DNA of 64,000 nt. Origin: an uncultured Phycisphaerales bacterium. GTDB lineage: Bacteria; Planctomycetota; Phycisphaerae; Tepidisphaerales; Tepidisphaeraceae. Under the pieces are notes generated by a model. It was not told the origin of the DNA, made no database searches, and was given only the letters and a program-made list of their open reading frames with translations. The DNA is taken from NCBI GenBank assembly GCA_963758525.1, contig CAVWVQ010000003.1, forward strand, positions 352,001-416,000, in the 5' to 3' direction. Each line of letters starts with the position of its first letter. Position 1 is the first letter of the stretch. The position numbers and the translations under genes were made by a program. Shown one piece after another: positions 20,470 to 30,679 of the stretch.

Positions 20470-20979
20470 CTATGTCAGAATCGCCCCGCGGATGCGGTCG
20501 CCGTCAGAAGCTGGCGACCGAGCGGCGCGTGCCGCGGGCGAAGTCGTGGCGACGGTTTGCTGCATGGCATGTGCCTCGGCGGCGTCGGCGTTCATGATCT
20601 GGGAGTCTTCCTTCGGGTTTACGTTGCAAACCCGGATGAACGTCGACCCAATGTGGAAGGCGGCATCCGCCACGGCTTCGCAATGCCGGACCGTGCAGAG
20701 AATCGACTGCGGAGCACCGTCGTTGCTCGGAAGTTGCACCAGAAACCGCTGTCCCGCCTTCATCGCGACGGATCGCGCAATTCCAATTCCCTCGCGGGAG
20801 ACGTCGCGGATCGTTGCGACGACCCGCGTGCCCTTCCCGGGAGCGCCGGCTTCAATCACCGTAATGGTGGCGCGCAGGCCGACGCGCGGCTTGCGACGCT
20901 TGTCCTTGGTGGTGCTGACCGGGCTGTCGGACCGTAGAGCCGACAGAATCCTCTCAAACTGTTCAGACGACAGATGCAT
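20470..20979 (-). CDS. PilZ-domain (c-di-GMP binding) protein
   Basis: KRRKPR (RxxxR) and RDVSREG (DxSxxG). Confidence 0.8.
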   Translation of the reverse strand: MHLSSEQFERILSALRSDSPVSTTKDKRRKPRVGLRATITVIEAGAPGKGTRVVATIRDVSREGIGIARSVAMKAGQRFLVQLPSNDGAPQSILCTVRHCEAVADAAFHIGSTFIRVCNVNPKEDSQIMNADAAEAHAMQQTVATTSPAARAARSPASDGDRIRGAILT

Positions 20980-21089
20980 TCTTACACCCTGCAATGTTGG
21001 CTGCACCCGTGTTATCGTCCCGATCCGATGGCGACTTATGTCTGAGCTCGCCAATATGATCCAGACGCATTACGGCGGTTCAAAATTGC

Positions 21090-21560
21090 ATGCATCTTGC
21101 TGAAGAACTCATGCGTGAAGCCATCCAGGAAGCCCACGCCGCGGGCGCCGCAGGCGAAGTGCCGATCGGATGCGTGATCGTGCATGACTCCAGCGGCGTG
21201 ATTATCGGACGGGGATGCAACCGCCGGATACGAGACTGCGACCCGACCGCGCACGCGGAAATCATCGCACTCCGCGCTGCCGGCCGACATCTGGGCGACT
21301 GGCGTCTGATGGGTTGCACGCTCTATGTCACGCTCGAGCCTTGTCCGATGTGCGCCGGCGCAATCGTTAACGCCCGAATTTCCCGCCTTGTATATGGATG
21401 CACTGATCCGAAAGCCGGCGCAGTTGAAACGCTTTTTGCGCTCTGTTCCGACCCGAGACTGAACCACCGCGTGGAAGTCATCGGCGGAATGCTGGCCGAG
21501 GAAAGCTCTCGCCTGCTGAAGGATTTTTTTGCACAGCAGCGGGCACTGGGAAAAAAGTAG
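21090..21560 (+). CDS. tadA: tRNA adenosine(34) deaminase
   Basis: GEVPIGC, DPTAHAE, TLEPCPMC and DPKAGA. Confidence 0.95.
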   Translation: MHLAEELMREAIQEAHAAGAAGEVPIGCVIVHDSSGVIIGRGCNRRIRDCDPTAHAEIIALRAAGRHLGDWRLMGCTLYVTLEPCPMCAGAIVNARISRLVYGCTDPKAGAVETLFALCSDPRLNHRVEVIGGMLAEESSRLLKDFFAQQRALGKK

Positions 21561-21747
21561 CGGGACAAGCCGGCCGGGCACCGGAGCCGCTTTCTTGCCT
21601 CCTCCCCTCGTACCCGGGGGGAGGAACGAGGTGGGGGGTCGGGAATAAGAAACGCTTCGCTAACGAGTCCGCGCGAGCCGAGCAAGCCCCCACCCCGACC
21701 CTCCCCCGGAGTACCAAGGGAGGGGGAAGAAGTTGCGCCCACAAGGT

Positions 21748-21912
21748 GCTCGCGCACGAATAACTTGAGCAATTTCGAAGCTGCAAGTGACGCAATTGCG
21801 TAGCACGGCCGTCTCGGCTGTGGCCCGAAATCACAGCCGAGACGGCTGTGCTACGGGGGAATCGCCGTCCGCTGACTTCGAAATTATTTGAGCAAGTTAT
21901 TCGTGGGCGGCC
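21748..21912. mobile_element. About 165-bp MITE-like element, copy B
   Basis: Ends GCTCGCGCACGAATAAC / GTTATTCGTGGGCGGCC, central GTAGCAC REP; homologous to 11988-12151. Confidence 0.65.
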
Positions 21913-21983
21913 ACAAAGAGTTGCACCACCCCCAAAGAGTTGCACCACCGTAGTTACGAGCTCCCGGCCGATCGCACGCCCGC

Positions 21984-22604
21984 TCAATCCAAATCCGCCG
22001 GCCAGTCGGGGTGCGCCTGGTGCTCGAAGGCGCGTTCAATCTGATGCATCACCACCCGCGCCACTGACAACGGCGGCATCGCGTCTCGCGCGAAGAAATC
22101 AACTTCGGTCGTCTCATCGCTGACGGCGGCCGCGCCGCCGGTGAGTTGGCAGAGAATGTGCAGCTTGAAGACCGCGAACGGAAGCGGCGAATGACCGTGC
22201 TGGTCGCGGTTGTAGACGCCGATCAGCTTTATGGCCTTTGCGGTGAAACCGGATTCCTGAACGATTTCCTTTTCGACGGCTTCGGAGGGCGAGTCGCCAA
22301 CATCCACCCATCCGCCGGGCGGCGTCCAGAGGCCGTCCTCTTTTTCCCGGACCAGCAGGAGTTTTCCGTCGCGGAAGACCAGCCCGCGCACGTCCACTTT
22401 CGGCGTGGCATACCCGCGGTCGATTTTAAACAGCTCGATCAGCGCGGAGGGCGGATGCATCGACTCGCGCGCCATCATCTCGGCGGCGATTGAGCGGATC
22501 TCCTCATAACGCTGAATATCAAATGGGCTTTGCGCGTAGGTGATGCCGGTTTGTGCCAGCGCGGCGAGGCGTCGCGACCAGGGAAGCAGGGAGTCAGTCA
22601 GCAT
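21984..22604 (-). CDS. NUDIX hydrolase with Nudix_N domain
   Basis: ALAQTGITY..FD..RY, GYATPKVDVRG and Nudix box GGWVDVGDSPSEAVEKEIVQESG. Confidence 0.92.
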   Translation of the reverse strand: MLTDSLLPWSRRLAALAQTGITYAQSPFDIQRYEEIRSIAAEMMARESMHPPSALIELFKIDRGYATPKVDVRGLVFRDGKLLLVREKEDGLWTPPGGWVDVGDSPSEAVEKEIVQESGFTAKAIKLIGVYNRDQHGHSPLPFAVFKLHILCQLTGGAAAVSDETTEVDFFARDAMPPLSVARVVMHQIERAFEHQAHPDWPADLD

Positions 22605-22770
22605 GGTTCAGCATGGTGGAGCGCGGAATTTCGCATGCCTACAAGGTGCGGGTTCATCCGTGACGGAGCAATGATTATTCAGCAACTTCATGTAGTATTG
22701 CCGCGCTGTGCGTTCTACCAATTGTGCCGCGCGAAATCGTGATTTCCACCCCAGGCGCGTGGCATATTCG

Positions 22771-23510
22771 ATGCGCGCCTGGGAAAACGGGATTTGCCGG
22801 GGCGGTTGCTGGTGGGGCAAGACTGCTACCTTCACGTGCGGACGCTGAAACATGACTTCTTTGCCGCCACGGGTTTATATCGTGACGGGCTGGGCCAACA
22901 GGCGGTACTGAAGATGGGCCGGACGGAGGAATTTGCCGGGATTCCCCTCCGCTGGCTCGGACGTTTTCTGCAGCGGCGCGAGCTGCATTTTTATGCCCGA
23001 TTGGCGGACCTTCCCAACGTGCCGGCGGTGCTGGGAACCCTCGGAGAAACCGGGTTCGTCATGGAGTTCGTGCGCGGCCGCCCGTTGGCGGAAGCGTCGA
23101 CCGCTCCGGATGGATTCTTCGACGCGCTGATTGCACTGTTGCGCGAGATGCACCGCCGGGGGATTGCCTATGTTGATACCAACAAGCCTCAGAATATTCT
23201 GCTGGGGGACGACCAGAAGCCGCACATGATCGATTTTCAGATCAGTTGGGATGTCGATCAGCTCGGCAACTGGTGGCTGAATCGCTGGCTGCTCCGCCAT
23301 CTCCAGGCGGATGACATCTATCACGTCACGAAACACAAACGGCGGCTGCGCCCCGATGAGCTGACCGATGCAGAGCGCGACCATTTGTCCCGCAAGAGCG
23401 CGTTCATCCGCGCCCATCGCTTTCTCACCCGGCCGTACTTTCTGTTGCGCCGCAGATTGTTCAAACGGCTGCGTGACACCGGCCGGCTCCTTCCGGAGGG
23501 CAGCAAATGA
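22771..23510 (+). CDS. Protein-kinase-like (RIO/Kdo-type) phosphotransferase; probable 1-nt indel just after the ATG at 22771
   Basis: VLK lysine, MEFVRG hinge, HRRGIAYVDTNKPQNIL catalytic loop and IDFQ. Confidence 0.75.
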
Positions 23511-24088
23511 GACGAGCGTGGCGGTTCAGCGATCTTCTTATGCTGCTGACCATCGGGACCTGCGGCTGCGCCGGGCACGCGACGCCCGTCGGCTCCGATC
23601 CTGCGCCCTTTCCGCAGTCGCTGCCCGCTGCCGCAACCGACGATGGGAATGCCGTCGAGACCGAGGCCGGCGCGTGGAAGGCCATCGCCGGGGTGCTCCG
23701 CCCAGGAACGCTGCACGATGGCATCTACACGGTCGTCATTCCGCGGGATGATCTGGATGTCACCGTCGAAGGGATGGTTGTCCCCACGGCGGCAGGCATC
23801 GAGTCGCGGTTCAACTTTTATCATTGCAGTTGCGGGAAAACGAGCGTGCTGGGCGAATTCGTAGTCACCGATTACGAAGCCGACGATGTCATCGGCACGC
23901 TGCTCGACAAGCAGTTCACGGTTGCGTCGCTGGCTCCGTTTCTTCTGCACGAACGCCCCCGATTGCTGTCGATTCATTTTCACGGAGAGGGCAAGAGCGG
24001 CGACATCGCGGCCGTCTTGAAGCAGGCGCTTAGCTATACCGGCAAGCAGCGGGACGCGCCGGCCACGAACATCGGTCAGCCCAGATGA
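23507..24088 (+). CDS. DUF1259 (LppY/LpqO-like) lipoprotein
   Basis: Signal with lipobox-like CGC; IPRDDLDV..G, GEFVV..E and LLHERPRLLSIHFHG; start overlaps the upstream stop (ATGA). Confidence 0.7.
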   Translation: MRRAWRFSDLLMLLTIGTCGCAGHATPVGSDPAPFPQSLPAAATDDGNAVETEAGAWKAIAGVLRPGTLHDGIYTVVIPRDDLDVTVEGMVVPTAAGIESRFNFYHCSCGKTSVLGEFVVTDYEADDVIGTLLDKQFTVASLAPFLLHERPRLLSIHFHGEGKSGDIAAVLKQALSYTGKQRDAPATNIGQPR

Positions 24089-24132
24089 ATGGCGGAGCAG
24101 TTTTCGCGGCGTGCGCAGATTTCCGGCCGATG

Positions 24133-24181
24133 GACGATCAACGACGATCAACATTGACGATCAACATCGACGATCAACATT
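24133..24181. repeat. Tandem GACGATCAAC(ATT/ATC) repeat, four copies
   Basis: Copies start at 24133, 24143, 24156 and 24169. Confidence 0.8.
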
Positions 24182-24290
24182 GATCGGGGATCTGCAGCGA
24201 AAGGTCCGCGGTTTTTCGTGTCAGCGACGCGCGTGAAATTTTTCGCTTTTTTGGATTTGATTTTTATGGACGATGGCGTATGATGACCTC

Positions 24291-24530
24291 GCACACACAC
24301 CGCTGCCGACGACTGCCAGAGGGTGAGACGATCAAAAATAAGCCATGAAGGCTCCGTCGGCGAATAGCTGTCGGAGTTCTTTTTGTCGGGGGTATTCCCC
24401 GAAGAAGGTTCCCCCCCTCCTTCTTCAACCCCCGACATTTTTCTTCACTCTCAACCGCCCGGCCTCCCCTCCGGGCGAACCCCCAAAGTTGAGAGCCTCA
24501 GCCGCGGATCCCCCCGTCCGCGGCTTCTTT
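24291..24530 (+). ncRNA. Candidate small regulatory RNA with multiple C-rich-loop hairpins
   Basis: TTGATT-N16-TATGAT promoter-like motif upstream (24257-24284), four stem-loops, the last followed by TCTTT; lies between convergent genes. Confidence 0.5.
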
Positions 24531-24683
24531 ATGCGCACTGCCCGGGATGAAATTCGGAGCACCACGATTCCGGCGCGCGAGACAAGACCCGAAGGGGGAA
24601 GCAGCGCCCAACAATGCTCCACCCCCGGAGGGGGTGGCTTTCAGGGGCTTCTAAAGCCACCCCCTCCGGGGGTGGAATTCGCT

Positions 24684-26541
24684 CTACTTGTTCAAATCCG
24701 CGCCGGGTTGCGCGGGTTGATCTGATTTGGGCAACTGCCAGTACTCCTGCATCAGGTGAATTGCGGGGTCCGTGGGGATCGACCGCTTGGCGGCCTGCTG
24801 AAGGTCGGTTGCAGCGGTTTGCGCGTCGCCGGTGTTGTAGGCCACGTACGCCAGCAGGAACCAGGGGCGGCTTTCCTTGGGGTTCTTGTCGGCCAACTCC
24901 TTGAGATCCTTCCGGACGAAGTCCAGGCGGCCGGGGCTGAGCATCGAACCCAGGTCGAGCTGCGCCATGAGCACGGTCGCATCGGCGGCGATGGCACGGC
25001 GAATGCCAGCCTCCGCGGCGGCATAGTAGCCGGCGGCCAGGGTGGCATTGGCACGACCCAAAGCGATCATCTGATTATTTGGAGCGACAATCATCGCTCC
25101 ATCGAACTGCTGGATCGCGGCCTTGAACTTATCATTTTTCAGCGATTCTTCCGCCTTGACGAGCAAGTCGTGCAGGCCTTTCGCCTTGGGAGAAGTGACC
25201 GTGCCGGCGATGCTGCTGATTTTCACCGGTGCGGGGGTCTCCGCGCCGGGAACCGCGCTTGGGCCGGCGCCAGGCGTTGCGCCCGGGGTGCCGGGGCGCC
25301 TGGCGTTCCGGGCGTAGCGCCTGGCGTTCCGGGGGTTGCTCCGGGGGCTCCCGGAGTTTGCGTGCCGGGGGGCTTGATCGCCGTGCTGGCGCGCCTCACA
25401 TTTGGCGTGGTCGATTGAACGTTGAACTGCTTCAACTGCTGCTGCATGGCGGCGTATTGCGCCTGTAGGAGGATGGAGAAACCAGTTGTATTCCCTTCGG
25501 CGCTTCGCCGAAGCCTCCCAGTGCCGAATTTCCCACAGCGTCACTCATCCGGCCGGAAGACGGGCCGTTGATGGGCGAGTTCAGCGGCATTTGCAGCGGC
25601 GAGCCGCTCAGACCCGCGCCATTTTTCCCGACACCTCCAAAGCCTGAGTTCAATGGGTTGCCGCTGGGGGAGTTTAGCGGACCGTTGCCATTGCCATTCG
25701 AGTTGTCGGAGTTGACGTTGCTGTTGCCGTTGAGGTTTCCGTTCAGTTGATTCGGATTGGGGGTGGCCGACTGCGAAGACTGCAACTGCTGTTGCAGCGT
25801 GTTCACCTGATTCTGATCGAGCGAACTGGGAGCCAGTTGGCCCGGCGTGGGGTTGTTGAGATAACTGTTCAAGGCGTCGGCGCTGCCGGCACCCGACAGC
25901 TTGAGTCCGTAGAGGGGCGACGCGGACAGCGTTGATTGAATGTTTGGGGCTGAGGAATCCAATCCTCCGGGCAACTCGAGGAGCGAACTGTTGGTTCCAC
26001 CGGGAATACCGAGAATATTGGTCGTGCCCAACCGAACTCCGGCAAGCTCAGTCGAACTCGCGACAGACGCGTACGGATTGTTTGGGGTAAGACTGGTGCC
26101 GACCGCAGCGCCGGTGCTCCCGAGAAGCACCGTCCCGGTCGGGGGAGCGACGCCACGCGAACTGCCAAAAAACTGTCTGGGGGCGGTGAGGCTGTAATTG
26201 GGCGAATTAGCAGTGGGCACCCCCGACGAACCTGCCGTGAATTGATCTACCCCTGAACCCGGCAGAATTCCGCGAAACGCCACCGGGTCGAACTCCCGCA
26301 ATCTTCCTGTAAGCCCCTTCCCGCCGGTAACGTTGCCGTAGACGATGTCGTTGCTGGTTACCTGGGACGAGCCGCTGCGTCCGGGCCCGTTGTATCCGCC
26401 GCTGCCGACGCCGTTGTTGGCATCCAAAGCATGCCCGTCATTGCTGGTGGCGTATTGCGCGTAAACCGAGTGTGACGCGAGCACCGGCGCGATCGCCAAA
26501 GCCGCCGAAGTCAACCATCGCCGATATGTCTTTGCGCGCAT
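24684..26541 (-). CDS. Secreted low-complexity (N/S/G/P-rich) protein with C-terminal TPR-like helices; at least two indels (near 25470 and 25290)
   Basis: Signal peptide MRAKTY..SVYA, PG(A/T)TPG repeats and TPR-like KAEESLKNDKFKAAIQQF..WFLLAYVAYNTGD. Confidence 0.75.
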
Positions 26542-26803
26542 GCTCGCACCTTCTTCTTGTTGAAGCCCCTGCCCTATTCTACCCTCGAAAAACCACACGT
26601 ACACCGTAATTTCTGACGCGCCGGGCGGCGAAAAGTTCCAAATCGACCGGCACTCGGCCCCTGCGTCCGATTATACCGCACAGGACATCGGCTGTTCGCG
26701 TTCGGAAGCGGTGCAGAATTTCTGCACAAACACGTCAACGCCGGCAACTGCACCCTACTACTGCTAGGGGTACACGCATCATCCTATCTCTCGGAGAGAC
26801 CTC

Positions 26804-28143
26804 ATGACGTTTCCTAATCCGTTCCAAGCCTGTGGCGGCCGTGACCACGTGCGCCCGGCATCGCGGCGCGAATTCCTGTATGTCGGTCTCATCGGCGGGC
26901 TGGGGCTCACACTGGGAGACTTTATGCGCTCCCGCGCGGCCCTGGGCGCCGACGCCCCGGCCGCCTTGAAAGAAGGCCCGGCGAAGGCCTGTATCCATAT
27001 CTTCCTTCCCGGCGGCCTTTCGCAGCACGAGGCGTTCGACCCCAAACCCAACGCCCCGATCGAATACCGCGGGCCGTTCGGCACGACGCCAACCACCATC
27101 CCCGGCGAGGTTTTCTCGCAGCATCTCCGCGAAACCGGGCAGATCATGGACAAGATCACCGTCATCCGCTCCATGACCCATGGCGAAGCCGCCCACGAGC
27201 GCGGCACCCACAACATGTTCACCGGCTATCGCCCGAGCCCTGCAATTCAGTTCCCCAGTCTGGGCAGCGTCGTCTCCGAGGAATTTGGCCCGCGCCGCAA
27301 CATGCCGCCGTACGTCTGCGTTCCGGCCATGCCCAACCCCTACGCCGGCAGCGGATATCTCAGCTCGGCTTACGGCCCGTTCAGCCTGGCGCAGACCCGG
27401 CGGCGGGAAACTTTACCGTGCGCGACCTGGCCCTCCCCGCCGGCGTTGACGCCGACCGCTTCAGCCGTCGCCAGAGCATGCTCGACACCGTTGACAGCCA
27501 TTTTCGTCAGATCGAAAAGGCCGACGCGCTCTCGTCGATGGACACCTTCTATCAACGCGCGTACAGCCTGATCAGCTCGAAGGAAGCGCGCGAGGCGTTC
27601 GACCTCAAGGCCGAGCCCGACGCCGTCAAGGATCAATACGGCCGCAACGAAGCAGGAATGCGCATGTTGATGGCCCGGCGGCTGGTCGAGGGGGGCGTCC
27701 GATTCGTCTCACTCACCTACGGCGGATGGGATCATCACGCCCGCGTGAAGGATGGAATCGAAAAGCAGTTGCCGCAGTTCGACAAGGCGTTTGCCGCGCT
27801 GATCCGCGATCTGGAAGCGCGGAGGATGCTCGACTCGACGCTGGTGATGGTCAGCTCCGAATTCGGACGCACGCCCAAGGTCAATCAGAATGAGGGTCGC
27901 GATCACTGGCCGCGCGTCTTCAGCGTGGTGCTTGCCGGCGGCGGAATCAAGAAGGGCCTTCTCTACGGCACGTCCGACCCGACCGGATCGGAGCCGGCGG
28001 ACAATCCCTTCACCGTCGAGGAATTAGCCAGCACTGTCTATCACCAACTCGGCATCAACCCCGAAAAGAAACTCCTGTCCCCCGGCGGCCGGCCAATCGA
28101 CATCGTCCGCGGCGCCAAGGTCGTCGACGAATTGATCGCCTGA
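26804..28143 (+). CDS. DUF1501 domain protein, Tat signal (frameshift near 27389)
   Basis: SRREFL; AKACIHIFLPGGLSQHEAFDPKP, ARRLVEGGVRFV, WDHH, SEFGRTP and GRDHWP. Confidence 0.92.
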
Positions 28144-28198
28144 GAGTGCGACGCCGAACCGGCATTCCCGTGGCGCGTGTGAGCGATCCGGAACTGAT

Positions 28199-30677
28199 AT
28201 GCAGCGTGGATTCCACAATCTTCTACGCCGCTTGCACGGGCAGAATGCCCGTGCCAGGGGGAAGCTGTTCCCCACTCTCCTCGCTTTGGCGTTCTTCACT
28301 TCGCTTGCAAAGGCAGCCAGTCCGGACCTTGGAATCGTGCTGCCGCGCAGTGCGCAGCGCGGCGGCGAAGCCGACCTGGTTCTTCATGGTCAACGCCTCG
28401 CCGATGCGCAGGAGCTTCTCTTCTACGACCCCTCTATCACCGTCACCAGCTTGAGTGCCGCCAATCCCGGGGAGCTGAAGGCACACGTGAAAATCGCGGC
28501 CGACGCGCAGCTTGGAGAGCATCAGCTGCGCGTTCGAACGGCGACTGGCATTTCCGACCTCCGCACCTTTTATGTCGTTCCGTTTCCGATCGTCGAATCC
28601 AAAAAGCCGAACAACAATTTCCATTCGCCTCAGCCGATCGAGCTGAATGTCACCGTTGCGGGCACGATCGAAAACGAGGAGGTCGACTACTTCGTCGTGC
28701 AGGCGAAAAAGGGCCAGCGCATTACCGCGGAGGTGCAGGGGATGCGGCTGGGCGGCGGGCCGTTCGATTCGTATGTCGCGATCCTCGACACCAGCCGATT
28801 CGAGCTGGCCAGTTCCGATGACACGGCGCTGGCCTTGCAGGATCCGATTGCCTCGATGATCGCGCCCGCGGACGGCCCATACGTGATCCAGATCCGCGAG
28901 ACTTCCTACGGCGGCAACGGGGATTGCCGTTATCTCCTGCACGTTGGCACGTTCCCGCGGCCGATGGGAGTTTATCCGCTGGGCGGAAAAGTCGGCGACG
29001 ATCTGCCGCTGCAATTTATCGGCGACGTCGCCGGGCCGATCGCTCAGACCGTGCACCTTCCCGATGTGCCGGCGGCGCGGATCAATCTCTTCGCGCTACA
29101 GGACGGCTTGTCCGCTCCGTCCCCGAATTTTGTACGGGCGTCGCCATTCCCCAACGTGCTGGAAGTCGAGCCCAATAACGATCCGAAGACCGCCACCGTG
29201 GCGAAAATGCCGCTCCCACTGGCGTTCAATGGCGTCATCAGCGCCCCGGGCGACATCGACTATTTCCGCTTTACCGCGAAGAAGGATCAGGCGATTGAGG
29301 TTCGCGTCATCGCCCGGCAGCTTCGCTCGCCGCTCGATTCGGTCCTGACGATCTATAACGCTGACGGCGGGGGCATGGCCAGCAACGATGACGCCGGCGG
29401 CCCCGACAGCTATCTCCGCTTTAATCCCCCCGCCGACGGCGACTATCTGCTCAGCGTCACCGATCAACTGCATCAAGGCGGAATCGATTACACCTACCGC
29501 GTCGAGCTGACCCCCGTTGCGCCGCAACTTTTTGTGACGATCCCCTCCGTCCAGCAGAATTCCCAGGAGCGCCAGGCGATTGCCGTTCCGCGCGGCAACC
29601 GCTTTGCCACCCTCCTCCGCGCCAAACGCGAGGATTTCGGCGGCGAGATCGCCATCGCCTCCGGCGACCTTCCGGCGGGTGTCACGCTCTCCAGCGATAA
29701 CATCCCGGCCAACGGCGATACCATTCCCGTCCTGTTCGAAGCAGCCCCCGATGCTCCCAGCGGCGGAAAGCTTTCCACGCTCAACGCCCATTGCATCGAT
29801 CCCAACCAGCACGTCGACGGTCATTTTCAGCAGGACGTCGATCTGATCATCGGCCCCAACAATACGCCGTTTTACACCAGCCATACCGACAAGCTCGTGG
29901 TCGCGGTGACCAACCCCGTTCCGTTCAAGCTGCACATCGAACAGCCCAAGGTTCCGCTGGTGCAGAACGGGCAGATGAATCTGAAAGTCGTCGCCGAACG
30001 GAATCCGGATTTTCACGGGCCGATCGCGCTGCACATGCTCTTCAATCCGCCCGGCGTCAGCTCGTCGCCGCAGGTCGATATGCCCGGCGACAAGAACGAA
30101 GTGCTCTATCCGCTTCAGCGCCAACGACGGGGCTGAGACGCGGAAATGGAAAATCTGCGTGATGGGCGAGACAGACATCGAAGGTCCGGTCTGGGCATCG
30201 TCGCAACTGGCCGACCTCGAGGTCGCGCCCTCGTTCGTCGCGATGAAGCTGGAGATGACCGCGATCGAGCGCGGCAAATCGACGCCGGTGCTTTGCAACG
30301 TGGAACAGAAGACAAAATTCGATGGCAGCGCGACAGTGAAGCTCATGGGTCTTCCCGCCGACGTGACGGCCGCCGACCTGCCGCTCACCAGCGCCGATCA
30401 AAGGCTGGTCTTCAACGTCATCACCACCGACAAGAGCCCCATCGGCTCCCACTCCTCACTCTTTTGCGAAGTGACATTCGCCCAGAACGGCGAGTCGATC
30501 ATCCAGCAGTCCGGACAGGGAGGGGTGCTGCGGATCGATCCGCCGGCCCCGCCGAAAAAGGACGAGCCGGTGGTTGCCGCGGCGCGCCCGGCGGCGGCTC
30601 CCGCAGCGCCGGCGCCGCAGGCAGTGAAAGTGTTGTCGCGGCTGGAGAAGCTTCGCCTTGAGCAGGAGCAGAAATAG
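28199..30677 (+). CDS. PPC (pre-peptidase C-terminal) domain protein of the planctomycete cytochrome operon (frameshift near 30115)
   Basis: QRGGE, GEHQLRVRT..GIS, EVEPNN and repeated G.I....D.DYF / DS.L.. / NDD motifs. Confidence 0.85.
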
Positions 30678-30679
30678 CC

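Noticed and set aside
19579..20937. 452-aa MqnD fusion protein
   Set aside because: Read-through artefact of the indel near 20289; the tail overlaps the antisense PilZ gene.
24345..24725. 126-aa + strand ORF and 96-aa - strand ORF (24148-24438) in the convergent spacer
   Set aside because: No RBS or recognisable domain; the sequence is better explained by RNA hairpins.
25230..25370. GC-rich tandem repeats as a separate element
   Set aside because: They encode the PG(A/T)TPG linker of the TPR protein.
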